A stretch of DNA of 64,000 nucleotides from Dipteris shenzhenensis (taxonomy: Eukaryota), in NCBI GenBank assembly GCA_047967505.1, contig CM106538.1. One strand, 5' to 3'. The translations under genes and the position numbers were made by a program. The notes under the pieces are model-generated. The model saw only the letters and a program-made list of their open reading frames with translations, did no database searches and was not told where the DNA came from. Below are positions 36,979 through 50,249 of this stretch, one piece after another. The stretch's first letter is position 1. Each line of letters opens with the position of its first letter.

Positions 36979-38781
36979 TTGGATGCTCTCCAAAACTTCA
37001 CCAGATTGGTACAGGAGGTGAATGTGAAGGAGGGGCAACTAGTCTGTCAAGGTCAGAAGATTACCATCAATGAAAGCATGATTGAAAATGCTCTAGGAAT
37101 TTCTGGAGGCAGTTTACAAGCACACTTTTTCGAGAAGCAGTGGAAGAGACAGGATATTCTCGATGTATACCCCAACACTCAGATTAGTAAAGATGGTGGA
37201 GTCAAGATTTCAAGCTTGCCAACAGACCTCCGAGATGTGCTCAAGAAGACCATTCACTTCTTTTCTGATACGAGAGGAACCTGCAAGTTCTCGCAGGTTC
37301 AAGCAATAGTAGAGCAACTGAAAGGACGTGATGTATCTTTCTCAAGGGTGATCTCCAAGAGTGTGTTAACCAACCTGAAGAATTGCATGGATGGCAAATC
37401 CCAATTGTCATCTCAATCTGCTGGAGTTGCAATGCACCTCATGGCATCTACCCTCAAAGGGACTTTGAGTAATACGATAAGCAGATGTCTCAGAAGGTGA
37501 CTTTTCTACAAGAGAAAGCCACTGATGCAACAAAGGCAGCACAACTTGAGAAAAGTCTCAGGGAAGGTGTAGAAGCCAAGGTAAAGGAGGCATAAGCAAG
37601 GGCCTTGCAGGTAGAAGAGCAATCTGAGGCCACTACAAAAATGATTGCCATGGAAAGGCATAGAAGAGAAGAAGCAGAGAAGCGCATGAAGGAGCTCCGA
37701 GATAGGATCGAAGAAGTGAGAAATGACAGGGACATGGCAAACAAGGAGCTAGAAAAGATGTGAAAGGATCTTGAAGATCAGAGAGCCAAAAAGGAGGGTC
37801 TTTACAAATAGCTCTGCAACATGAAGAACGCATTGAACATTAAAAAAGACCAAATGATGAAGGAGCTGAAAAGGGAGAATGCAAAAACCAAAAAGGTGAT
37901 GCAGGAACTGCGAGAGAGCTTCAAGTCTAGGAAGGATGGGGCAAAGAGTAGCTGGGATGGAGAAGACAACAAGGCAGCTCCCTAGGCCATGAAGGATGCA
38001 GAGAGCAACCATGATGGAGCAAGTTATAGCAGCCACGGTGGAGCAATTTGCGGCAGCCACAGTGAGTGTTGTTTTTTGAAACACTGTTGGAAGTCCAAAG
38101 AGTAAGCTACAAGACCATGCAAGAAGATCACGATAGATGTGTGCACGAGCTTGCCGTGGCTTTCTACAGTTATGAAAAGCAATCCATCATCCTAAGAGAT
38201 TTCCAAAATAGATTGGAAGTCTTGGAAACGGCCCATGAATATGTTTTTCAGCAATTTACGCAGCTTCAATAGATGCTGAGGTATTCAGATGAAGTTGTTG
38301 CACATAGTGAGCAAAAGGTGGAGCAGATGAAGGAGAACATCCACAACCTTAGGATGAGGGAGGAAGGAAGCAAGAAGCAACTTTGTCATGTACAGAGCAA
38401 GACTGTGGTATTGACAGCCGCAATAGTTAAATTGGATGCCTATCCTACTATGCAACATGGTTCAAAATGCATGGTCTGCCATACCCCTATCATAGATGAC
38501 TGTTGTATCTGATGGCTTGCATGCGCTACCACCTTGTGCACGTCTTTTGCTTTGGAGTGTTTGTGCATACAAAGTCGCTATGTAGAGAATGCCATTTGCC
38601 ATTGCCCATGACATGGACAAATCAAATGTGCCTGCCTACTACAGCTATCTACGATGAGAAAGTAGATGCTGTAGCTCAATTTGCCATTTGGGCAAAAGAT
38701 CTTAAAGACAAGGAGCTCAAATTGAAGAAGGCCAACACTGAGCCTGACTGCGAGGAAAAGGAGCTTGAAGGGAGGAACTAG
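36979..38781 (+). pseudogene. Coiled-coil protein with C-terminal RING-H2-like finger, disrupted; probable TE cargo
   Basis: Successive ORFs 36979-37500, an E/K/R-rich stretch, 38066-38512 and 38503-38781; CMVC..(frameshift)..CMRYHLVHVFC..CREC gives a C3H2C3 ligand order. Confidence 0.6.
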
Positions 38782-39056
38782 CCCCCTTCAAGAAAGGAGA
38801 AAGAAGGGCCGAGCCTATAACCAGGAAGCTCAAATCAAGGAAAGAGGAAGCGGCATGAAGGGAGGGGCCGCGGGCCCCTGCAGGAAGAATTGAAGAAGGC
38901 CAACACCAAGCCTGACTACGAGGAAAAGGAGCCTGAAGGGAGGAACTAGCCCCCTTCAAGAAAGGAGAAAGAAGGGCTGAGCCTATAACCAGGAAGCTCA
39001 AATCAAGGAAAGAGGAAGCGGCATGAAGGGAGGGGCTGCGGGCCCTTGTAGGAAGG
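38721..39056. repeat. 168-bp tandem duplication
   Basis: ATTGAAGAAGGCCAACAC at 38721 and 38889; near-identical units. Confidence 0.85.
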
Positions 39057-40329
39057 AACCAGCCCCACCATTCTGGAAAGGAGCAAGGAGGGCCAAGCCT
39101 GCAATCACGGAGCTCAACAAGGAGTCCTTGAGATATAATCTGAAGTAAATGAGTCTTTGAGATTGTAATCTATGTAATCTGTGTGTAATCTATTGAATTG
39201 TTAATCTTCTCTAGCATTTACTTGGGCAATGTTTTCTTAGCTATGTGAGTAGATAGATCCATGCCAACGCGGTGATAATAATGAGATGAAAGATTTTGAT
39301 TTGATAAGTAATGTGAGACGAAAGATTTTGATTAGATCACAAATGTAAGACTGAAAGATTTTAATTAGTGAAGTAATGTGAGACAAAATATTTCGATTAG
39401 ACAACTAATGTGAGATGAAAGATTTTGATTAGACAACTAACATGAGACTGAAGAATGAGAAGGTCGGGCTCAATGAACTCAAAGAGTTCAATTACCAAGC
39501 TAGCATGATACTGGTGAATATCAATTTCCTTGGCTATTGTTTTTCGTGCTCCTTTAAGGTACTTGTCAAGCGCATGATGTAGTTTTCTTTTGGCAAGACA
39601 TGATAGAAGTGCAAAGATGTATAGAGTGCAAAGGCCAGGATGAAGAGAACCCCCAATGAAAGGAGGAGTTACTATGGGCGTATAAGTCAACAGAGTTAAG
39701 AAAGCAATGTGTCATCCAAGTGTGTGAAGAGGTTTGCCATTGTGCATCAGACTGGCTAAAGAGCTGGGAGATGCTTGCCATAGAGAGCCTGATAAGATAG
39801 TTGGGAGTTTGAAATTTCCTTGAAAAAGCAAAATGTCATCGTATTTTAAAGCAATAAAAACCTTGCGGACATTTCTTAGACTTGTGGACTTTCTCATGGT
39901 GCTCGTAATACCTGATTTTGTATTGACCTACTTCCATGTTAGTACTTAAAGTTTTAAGTAGCCCGGTGGTTGAAATCTGATGGTTAACGATATCTAGTCT
40001 AAAGGGCACTAGCACTGTGCAACAAACTTTAGGACAGTAAGGAAGTAGTGTAGGGATAGCACGGTAGTAATGTAGGATAAGTTATCACCAGCGCAGTGGT
40101 TGGTTACACTAGGATATTAACAGCCACTATCATGGTGGTTTGCTTCTATTATTACAAGATGATGGATTTGTAGGATGTGTGGATTCATTATGGGAAACCA
40201 GTGCGGTGGTTCTCGGGATATAGTATAGCACTGTGCAACAAATTTTAGGATAGCACGGCAGTGGTGTAGGGATAGCATGGTAGTAGTGCAGGATAAGTTA
40301 TTGGTTGGTTACACTAGCTGGAGTAGCTT

Positions 40330-41110
40330 TTGCTCTACCACTTCCAGTGTCTCCTTATCCCTTTGTGGATGCTCTCCTCTCCTACAGCCTTGACTCCCAT
40401 GGGTCCATTCAACTCAATCAAATATCTAACAATTATAGGCCAAGGCTCGCTATAGAGTGAAGCTTGAGGAACCATTTGGCAATCATGTTCGTAACCCTTT
40501 GAGACCAATTCCACCCTCTTTCTTACTGGCCACCATGTAATTCCAATCAATGTCATGCCATTGATCCCCCCAAATAAAATTCCTAATAGATATGTCCATC
40601 TTCATTAGTGCATTATCAGAAAATGGAAGAGCAGAAATCACATAAATAGAGAGGGACATCAGAACTTGCTTTAGAACAAGTCTTCCTGCAAATGACAGTT
40701 CAGCTTTTTCCCAAGCAGCAAATATGTTGAGAATTTTACTCAAACACCATCCAAACTTATGTTTCAGGCTAACTGCAAATCCAATGGGACAACCCAAGTA
40801 TCTGACAACTTCATTTTCCCTAATCTATCTAAAAGAGAAATGAATAGACCAATCAAGTAAGGCATCCCATCCTAGCCAAATAGCATTGGTTTTATCATGA
40901 TTAATCTTGGAATCTAAGACCAGAAAAAACGCATACCATAAAGCTCTTTATGTTCAACTCAATTCCAACCAAGAGGCTAGAATTATAATCAACAAAAAAT
41001 TGAGTGCATAGATTAGAGCCATCTTGCAAAGGCATCCCCTTAATGCAACCTTGATTCTACCAATAGTCCAATTGACAAAGAAGAGGCTCAGTCACAATGG
41101 CAAAGATCCA
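40330..41110 (-). mobile_element. LINE (L1-type) ORF2 reverse transcriptase fragment
   Basis: RYLGCP, LSFAGRLVLKQVL..IY, RNFIWG, SKKEGGIGLK motifs and FAIVTEPL; contains stops. Confidence 0.85.
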
Positions 41111-43404
41111 CTAATAGGGTCTTTCTATTAGATTACATGATGATGTCACAAACAATATACAATGAAAGGATTTTAAATCCTTATCCTCACAAATAAGAGG
41201 GGAAGGATTTAAAATTCTCACCCTCATATATATGAGGGGAGGGCCCCCTCCCCCTCATAAATTGAGGGACATCTTATTAATCACTCTCCTCTTTAACCCC
41301 TAGGACACCCCCGGCCCCCCCCTTTATCAATAATTAATACTTTTTTGAATTCTATGAGACCTATTAGATAAAGAAAATTCCCATTGAGTTGTGTAGTGAT
41401 CCAATAGTGAGGAGTCAAAAACTTCACCTACTTCAATAGGCCTCATTCAACCACCACCCACCATGAGAGACATAGAATTAGTCATGCATGTTAGATGAAC
41501 AAATACAAGTGGCTATTGATTTGGGGCAAATAAAGGCATCAATCAAGTTCACCTTCCTCATACAAACCACCACAGCCCACTAAATTGAAAGAATCTTTCA
41601 ATTCATCCCAATTGGTGATTTAAGTAGCTAGTTTGTCTCCCCTCTTTTGAGATCTATCATCCTCAAGGTTCCCATCACCACCCAATAGCTGATACACATC
41701 ATCCATATTGTATTGAAACATTTTCCATGAATGTACCCTATCCTAGCAAGCATTTAGAGCATATACTGAAGCAATTATGTGCCCAATATGATCATATATA
41801 CTGTGTAGCCGATCTTGGTTCTCACCGGCAAAAAAAAAGGCCTTTATAATCCTTAGATTCCTCCATTGTACCTCTGGTCCCATGTAAAGGGGCATGAAAA
41901 AATGGATGGTTATACACAAAATCTTCTAAGAAACATTACAAAGTCTCATGACCCTAGTTAATCTCTTGTAGAAGCACCACATCAAAATTCTTTTTACATA
42001 CAAATCTTATAATAGGTAATCGCTTAAGTCCATCACATGCATGCAAATTTTACAAAATGTTCTTCAACCTTTGTCACTTGGAGCTGCCATATTGATAATT
42101 TTGAAGTCTCATCATCCAAAGTAGCTAAGTTGACCCCTCCTCCAGCACTGAAAACCTATTATTTCCTTCCCTACATCTCTTTGATTGTCTTCTTGCTCAA
42201 TATTGCTAATTTTGAAGTGTAGTCATCCAAAGAGGCTCTGTCAACTCCTCCTCCAACAATGAAAACCTACTACTTCTTTCACTACATCCGACCAAATCAA
42301 AAGCAAGAGTAGTAGTCGGAATTGATCGATCCTATGGAACAATTTTCGTGAGATAGTGTATTAAACAAGAAATTGTAGAATTTCGTCCCGTTCTATATAA
42401 ATAAACATAGATATCATTAAATTCTAGATAGATAGATGATCTACATAGATAGACCCATCTGTCTATCGATCAAGACGTCCATCTCACTCATCCCTTTTAT
42501 TATGATTTCTCTTTGATTGTCTTCTTTCTCAACGTCAAATGTGGCTAGATGTCAAATGAGTGGCTACCTTAACCCCTTGACCTTCTAAAAGCATCCCAAT
42601 AGACATAGTGAAGGAATCTTTTATACATCTTTGGTGCTTCATCTATTCCTGGTTCCTCCTTTCTTTTTAGCCAAGGAGTTCCTCTTGCATAATTGGTTGG
42701 TTAGGGTCATCTTCCAAGACAACAGGACGTCATATGTAAATAAATGCTTCTTCCCTGAATATCCCCTTCTCTCAACCTTACAACATTTAATATCCTATCT
42801 AAGAAAACGTAAGATCTCGAAGGAGTATCACAAGAACCCTTGCATAAGATCTTAAAGGAGTATCCCAAGAACCCTTGCACAAGATCTCAAAGGAGTATAT
42901 CTCTTAATGTGTTTAGAAACCCCAAGGACCCTTGCATATCTTGAAGGGGTATCCCTCTCAAAGTATTGAGTCTAGCACTGAGTAGCATCCACAATCATTG
43001 AATCATCACATAATGAGTCTTTAGAATATATTATCTCGAAACAAGGCACTGTAATGATAATATCAAGATGACATGATTCAACTCTCAATCCCATTCAAGC
43101 TGAGGTATAATAACGTGCATGCCTCATTGAAGTAGTTCTTGCTTTCTCTTTTGTTCTCATACCAAGGAAGTTAGGGCTTGAAGGCACATCGATAGCAGGG
43201 TGCGTTTACGGTTTAAGCTTGTCTCCCTTGGTGAACGTCACTATATTGCATGAATATCTCTTCTTGGTGTGGGTGAGACCGACATTGCACATACACACAC
43301 GTGTGTGTGTGTAAAATAGAAAATAAGGATTTCTATATGAATACGGCCCTCATAAACACACACACACACACACACACACTCACACACCCATTCACCGACC
43401 TGTT

Positions 43405-43497
43405 TGGGCCTATCGAGGGGCACCGGCCTTGGGCCTATGCTGCATGGTTCAAGGGCCAGATTGATAATAGAAATCCTCATTTTGTATTATTTGGGCC
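43405..43497 (+). promoter_or_regulatory. Cluster of site II (TGGGCC, TCP-binding-type) motifs in the RGG gene promoter
   Basis: TGGGCC at 43405, 43430 and 43492, 260-350 bp upstream of the ATG; site II motifs are common in plant translation-related promoters. Confidence 0.55.
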
Positions 43498-43751
43498 TTT
43501 TTGCAAAGTAATAATACACGATTGCCGTGTCTTCTCTCACAGAAAGACAGGAAGACTTTTAAGGCAAAGCTCATTTTGCCTTGTGTTGTGTTGTGCCATA
43601 GCCTCAGCTCCCTATACCCTCAGAGTAACTTCCCCATCCATAGCCTCCCAGCTTCTCGCATGGCTCCCCTCCCTTCCTCCATCATCATGACTTAGGCCCC
43701 AGGCCCCTGCTTCTACCGCCAGTTGCTGCCTTCGCCTCCTCCTCTCTGGCC

Positions 43752-45992
43752 ATGGCGACCTTGAACCCCTTCGCATTGCTAGGCGACGAGGAGAGCGATG
43801 CCTTTGCCGTCATCGACCGCGCTGCTGCCCCCGACAAACCCCCAGCAGCAGCAGCAAAGAAACAGCAGCAGCTTGCTCCCGCTAAGCTTCCCTCCAAGCC
43901 GCTGCCCCCCGCCCAAGCTGGTACGGAGTCATGAGATTCTTATGTGTCGGGGGTTTCGTGGAGCGTTATGATGGGTTTCTATAAGGTGCTTAGAAATGCA
44001 TATAACAACACTGGTTTCTTGTGGTTTTGGTAGAATCTTGAATTGCCGACAAAGGAATATAGCAAGTAACCTTTTTTATGCTTTAACTTTCAGATTTTTT
44101 GGGTAAACCGATTTTCTATGCGTCGTTTAATGTTGTCCCGCAGTGAAAGAGCCTAAATTTTCTCAGCTTGATAGCGGCAGTGGTAGGGGGGGGCGTGGGG
44201 GAGGACGGGGTAGCTATGGTAGCAGAGACAGAGAGCGTGAAGGTGGATTCAATCGTCCAGTTCGTGATGGAGGTTTCCAAGGGGATCGCAGCAGCTACAA
44301 TTACCGTAGTAACAGCTACAATCGTGATGGAAATGATTTCCAAGGTGGTCGTGGGGGTTATCACGGCAGAGGTGGAGCGTCCTTTTATGGGGGCTCTGGA
44401 AACGGTCCATCTTTTGGGCAGGATGGAGAAGGTGGACAGAATTTTGAAGGTGCGAGAGGCCGCGGGAGAGGACGAGGCCGGGGTCGTGGTTATGGTGATG
44501 GTGCCGAGGGTGGTCGAGGCCGAGGCCGAGGTCGTGGCTATGGTGAAGGTTCCGAGGGTGGTCGTCGTGGGTATGGAGATGGTTTCAATGGTGAAGAGCA
44601 ACATCGAAATCAGGACTATGAAAGTGGCACAGGACGAGGGTAATTGCTGTGACCCATAGGTGTCAGGCTTACATTTTGATCAAATTTGTTATCGTACAAT
44701 TGATGGTGGCTTCGTACTTTTCAGAAATGGCTTTAAGAGGGATGGTTTTGGAGGTGGAGAGTTGGTTACCGAGATCGAACAGGGTGTATCCCAGTGAGTG
44801 TTTTCTTCCATTGTGGCAGTTAAGCGCATATGTGGAGCTTCTTAGAAGTTATCAATGTCTCGTTTGTTCTTTCTTCTGGCAATCTCTAGTTGCGTTAAGA
44901 TTAGAGTACTTACGTGCATAGGGGACCTCTGGATGCCAGGACTACTGAAGATGAGAAGCGTGTGACTGAAGTAGTAGAGAAGCAGGCTACAGAGGAGACG
45001 AAAGTTGAGCCTGGGACAGTCGAAGAGAAGAAAGAAGAGGAAGAAGACAATGTATAATTCTCATTAACTCTAGGACTGGCAATTCTTTCTGATTGTGAGG
45101 CTTTCTGTGGATGATTTTATAATTCTCACTACTGCCTGTTATAAGCACGGCAACTTGCAGGAGATGCTCTTAGATGACTACTACAAACTTTTGAACGAGA
45201 AGAGGAAACATTTAGACTCTTTGCGGTCAGACGAAAGGAAAGTGATAGTTGACAAGGATTTTGAAAGAATGCAACTCGTGAATAAGAAACAGGAGGAGGA
45301 AAATTTGCTAAAACTAGTAAGTTGATCTACCCTTGTTGAAGTTTTTACATTATGGGATCTTGTTTTGGTGCTATGACAAGGAACGTGTCCTTGTGCCAAT
45401 GATTTTCTGTGTTTGGTACCCTGAAGTATGTTAGATGGATACATGTTCTGAAAAAGTATAAGTTTATTTTAACAACATTTATATAACAAAATTTTTATCA
45501 TATTGTAGCTAGCTTGTGTTTTCCATTGTATGGCTAGCAGTGCAGCTTTGGTGTTTTGGACGACATGGATGGGTGTATCAGTAACTGAAAGTCTGGCTAT
45601 ATGACAGGGCTATGAAAAAGACAAAGGCAAGAAGAAGGAGATTTCTGATAAGGAGGATAAAACAAAAAAGGTACACATATTTCCAGTATTTCTTCCTACT
45701 GGAATGACCTGTTCCTTGGATGTCCCTTTTTGTACAGAAATACTGACTTTCTTTATGAGACTCCTCACAAAAGTTACATTGTTGTTTGAAGAGCTTGAGC
45801 ATCAATGAATTTTTGAGGCCTACAGAAAGAGAGGAGTATTACAGTCCTGTGCGTGGGCGTGGGCGTGGTCGTGGACGTAGTGACCGTGGAGGATACAGAG
45901 GCGGTTTTGGAGGCAGTTATAATACTGCTCGGCAAGCCTTGGCACCTCGCATTGAGGACCCTGGTCAGTTCCCCACGCTGGGTGCAAAATAA
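43752..45992 (+). CDS. RGGA: RGG-repeat RNA-binding protein (Stm1 N-terminus + HABP4/PAI-RBP1, SERBP1-like), 7 exons
   Basis: MATLNPFALLGD..AKLPSKPLPPAQA; exons 43752-43920, 44144-44639, 44725-44793, 44922-45051, 45161-45316, 45608-45670, 45792-45992 with phase-consistent GT-AG introns; EMLLDDY.K, SLSINEFLRP, APRIEDPGQFPTLG. Confidence 0.9.
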
Positions 45993-47255
45993 ATAGATCA
46001 CAGATGGAGTTGAGGATATGAAAAGTGCAGTATCAAACTCGTTTTTGTAGACAGCCTAGGTTACCAAACTTAGCTGAGGATCAACTTTCTGGGTTGGTTC
46101 TATCCAGTGATGCAGTGTCCCTTTCTACAGATCAGGCTTAGGATAGTGTTTAGTATTGTAAAAGGAGATGAGTTTACAGTTGACCCTACTTCTGGTCATT
46201 GGCATCAGCATACTTGGCTGGTTTTCAATTGCTGATTGCAAGCATTACAGACGTTGAGAGGAAACATTTCTGACTTTTGTTATGGAGGTGCTTTGTACTT
46301 GTGCAGTAGCGATACAGAGTCTTATTCCTGTCTATTGCACAAATAGTCTGTCATCTGCTTTTGTCAGGTGAATTCTGACTTGCAAGGCAGCTGTGCTATC
46401 TCTGTAGGGTCAGATTACATTTATTCTTTATGGTTATGATTTATTGTGAAGCCTATTTTTCTTGTAAGTCCAATCTAGAACTTTGTGGATTGAAGTTTGA
46501 GTAGGAGTTTTTGGACTATGTGCTTGTCAGTTGACAGATTCTCAGACTCCCTGGATTTCAAGTGGTTGACAATTTTTTCTTCAGTAATTTTAATGTCAAG
46601 CTTCTTGTGATTCTCCGTTTTCAAGAATATGTTGGTTATCCAATGAAGATGGAAAGGCAGTGACCTCAATAGAAGACATGGCAGCAAGTCCAGCGACTAG
46701 TTTACCCTGTGTTGTCGGAATGGAATAGCAAGTACTATATGCAGTCTCAAATAGTCAAGGCAGCAAGTCCAGCGGCTAGTTTACACCCTGTGTTGTCGGA
46801 ATGGAATAGCAAGCACTATATGCAGTTGAATGGATTCTTTGCTTCTATAATGAAGGAGAGATTTTAGGCTAAAGTGATGTAGGCTAATGGTTTTGGCCTA
46901 GCACTAGTGGATATTTGATTTATCACTGCATGACATAATTGTAATATATAGGAGAAATTTAGGCTAATTCGGAAGTGATGTGGGCTAATGGGTTGGGCCT
47001 AGCACTAGTGAACATTTTCATTTATCACTTCACTTAATAGGACATAATGGGTAATACATAGATCTTTTTCTGTGATTGAGCATGCTCTATTTGGGCATAT
47101 TGCTTTCCTCTGTATTTGCCCCTTTCCCTCCCTCCCTCTATGGAGTTGTCAGGAAGGTAATTAGAGGTACTCTCATTTTCCCCTTTCTTTCCTGTCTTTA
47201 TCCCTTTCTCATTCCTGTCCTATATTTCCCCTGTTCTCTAGATCTGTTTCACCAA

Positions 47256-47321
<66 letters not shown>

Positions 47322-47689
47322 GACGATGTCAACATCTATGGGAGGCTATATATACAGCATTACAATAATAGCACAAAAATGATGTGATGTTTGCTGCCAT
47401 GAAGCTGCTCGAATAGTTACTTCCTGGTCTCCATGACTGGAGTACTGTATGATCCAGCCAGGTGGTGTACTTAAGCCAGTTTAGGGGATCCTTGGGGCCT
47501 CTTGATTTTGTGGTTGTTCATAAAAAAGTTGCGTGCGAGGGTCAAGCTGCTATAGGAGATGTGTGGCAACAAAGGAGAAGCAGCAGTTAGGAGATGTGTG
47601 GCAACAAAGGAGAAGAAGCAGATTAATGCGACCCATGACAAAAGAAAATCGGATATAATTCATGCAACTAATCATTATCTTTATGGTCT

Positions 47690-49600
47690 GTATTAAGGTA
47701 AAGACTTATCTAGAAGACATATTTTCAATTGTAGACCGTTTTACTCCTGCAAGAATCAATTGTAGCTCCTACACAGAAAAGATGCTGGAGTTTGTGCAAA
47801 GTCGCGATGTTGACATTGAATACACGTGAGGGAAACTCACTTTTGTCGATGTTTTCTCTCGGATTTGGTACATTCCATAACCATTCATTCATTCACAGAG
47901 AACTATATGGATTGGGTGCATGCTAGATATGAGGAGTATCTTGAGGATGCAGAGACATAAGAAGCTTTCAACCTTTACATGTTTTGGAATAACAAATCCA
48001 AGACATGCTTCTCATTTTATGGAGAATGTTTTTAAATTGTCTGGACCACCTCAAGAAGTCGTAATATGACAAGGGCTTACTCTCCATTGTAAGAATTTGG
48101 AAGGAGTTATTTTCTGAAATGGGACCAAACTCATAACAGGCATGAAAGTTACAAACTAAGAGAGAGTTACTATCGGCATACATGAAAGGGGACCCTTTTC
48201 TGAGCTTTTCACAGACGCAGGCAGCTTGTGAAAGACCCAACCTGGTCTGTGGGTCATCCGAACAGGTCAGGCCAACTGACCTGGTATGTGGATCAACCAA
48301 CCGGGTCAGGGCCAGATCTGGGCCTGTAAAAGGCTCCCGTTCTGCGATGGACTTTACTGGAGATTCGACCTGGTCAGTGTAAGGTCTGGGTGTATAAAAA
48401 ACCCTGTTCTGACCTGGATCTCGAGGCAGATCTGCTGCAAGTGTCTGAGATGGCTCTGGCCTGTTCAAATAACCTACCTGGTCTGTGGGTTAGCCGACTA
48501 GATCGGGGTCAGATCTGGGCCTGTAAAAGTCCCTGTTCTACCCTGGATGTTACTGCAGTTCTGCTGCAAGCTGCTGGGAAGCCTTGTTCTGCTGGATTTC
48601 TGCTGTTCTGCAATTCCGATGTGACTGTTTGGCTGTGAGACCCACCCTGTTTGCTGTTTCATTGCTGTACGGATGATGTTGTAGCCGGCATGGTTGCCAC
48701 ATGGATCTTTTGTTGCTTCTGCCGTATTAGTGGACATACAAATTTTACCTTCCGAAGATTTCGTCCATGTTGTGGCCTGACGATATTGCAATAAAATTCT
48801 TTGTATCTTAAGTGGTGTGTTGCCCTATCAGCTAGATGGTCTAAGCATTTTTTTGCTTGGATGCTCGTTTGGGAGACTTAAATGAAATCGTTTAGTCTCC
48901 ACAAGCAGTTGTAGCTTGAATGAAAAGAATGTGGACCACTTTGTGATTAGCCTTCTCCTTTAGTGCTAGCCTTTGTCACGACTGAGTCTGCCCTTCACCT
49001 CCGTTGTGCCGATAGAAACTCAGACGATGACCTTGTGTAAGTGGATGCTCAAGTATGTGTGGGTGTGTGGATTTGTATGTGAGAGCATATGTTGATACTA
49101 TTGTCTACACCCACTGTTGGGCGCTGATGACATCAGTGGGAATGTCATGGTAGCTAGTCCCTGCTATGCATGATGGAGTATGTGGTTTTCAACCTTATGA
49201 ATATCATGAGATTGAAACTGTACTATGTGCTGTGTTTTTAGAGGATGAGTTTGGGCATGTTCCTGGATTCATCTAAGATATCTGATGGACTGCACTATGT
49301 CTCTTGGAACTGATCTAATCGTGGCTGAGGGTTTGGCTTGAGGTGGCTGTCTTGTGGGCAAGTACACTGCCACAGGCAGTCGGTGTTGGATGTGGGGAGC
49401 ACTGGAAGGAAGCTGGAATGCCAGGAGGAGACAACGGGCTGAAGGAACTGAATTGTACTTGCAAATGGATAATGAGAAAGTACAAAGAGTGGGAATATGG
49501 GGCTTGAAGTCAACTTAGGCCAAGTGTCCTAAATGAACTAGGACTAGACTTCTGAAATGGGAACCTGTCTTGTCACTGCATGCTTTGAATACACCATTGA
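47690..49600 (+). mobile_element. Highly degenerate Gypsy-like remnant (RNase H/integrase trace and probable LTR-like repeats)
   Basis: EFVQSRDVDIEY..GK...VDVFSR resembles the Gypsy RNase H C-terminus; internally repeated CAGATCTGGGCCTGTAAAAG blocks follow. Boundaries uncertain. Confidence 0.45.
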
Positions 49601-50249
49601 CCATTGATATTCAGTACAATTTATGGAGTCAAATCCCCTACGAGTCCTTATACTTGTGATCTAGCCGTTAGCTTTTGGCAAAGTAGCAGCCATAGCAAGG
49701 CCTGCCCAATGCACAGCTTGCATTCCAAGGAGTTCTTAGATTACTTGAGTTCTTGGGTTAATACTGACTTAGAGATCTCAAAAGCCTTAAACCATGAAGA
49801 GGCCTACTGAAATGGAAGAACCTCAGTATGCCAGCAAGTACAAGCCAACTTGGGCAGCACAAAGGTGAACACCTAGAGCCTGTTCACTTGATTGAAGTTG
49901 ATACGTATGGTTTGCAATTTTTTTGAACTTGGTTGCTAGTTAAGATGTTCATGCGTGCGGTTATTTTCTTAATGATTGCATTTGATGAAAAAATTGGTTT
50001 CTTGACGGACCCCTTCTTCGAAGGAGGGGCTTAACAAAAAAAACAGCGTTTGCAAGTTGACACACGTCATATTTTTGTGCTGCAGAGTTTGAATGCCTAC
50101 AGAAAAACTGCTTGCAAAGTCTTGCGCATGAACCAAAAAACAACCAGCATTGAAAAACCAGGCTTGATTTCAAATCAGATTGCAACATCATGGTTTTTGG
50201 CTGATGTGGGAACAGACCCATAGGATAGTAGAAAATTACTCGGTTGGCA

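Noticed and set aside
39280-39450. ~36-bp repeats (AATGTGAGA..AAAGATTTTGATT)
   Set aside because: Simple head-to-tail degenerate tandem repeat without unique spacers.
44116-44659. Antisense Thr/Ser-rich and Val-rich ORFs
   Set aside because: By-products of the Gly/Arg-rich RGGA exon 2.
46680-47060. Two short tandem duplications downstream of RGGA as possible snoRNA cluster
   Set aside because: No convincing box C/D or H/ACA architecture or rRNA antisense element identified by eye.
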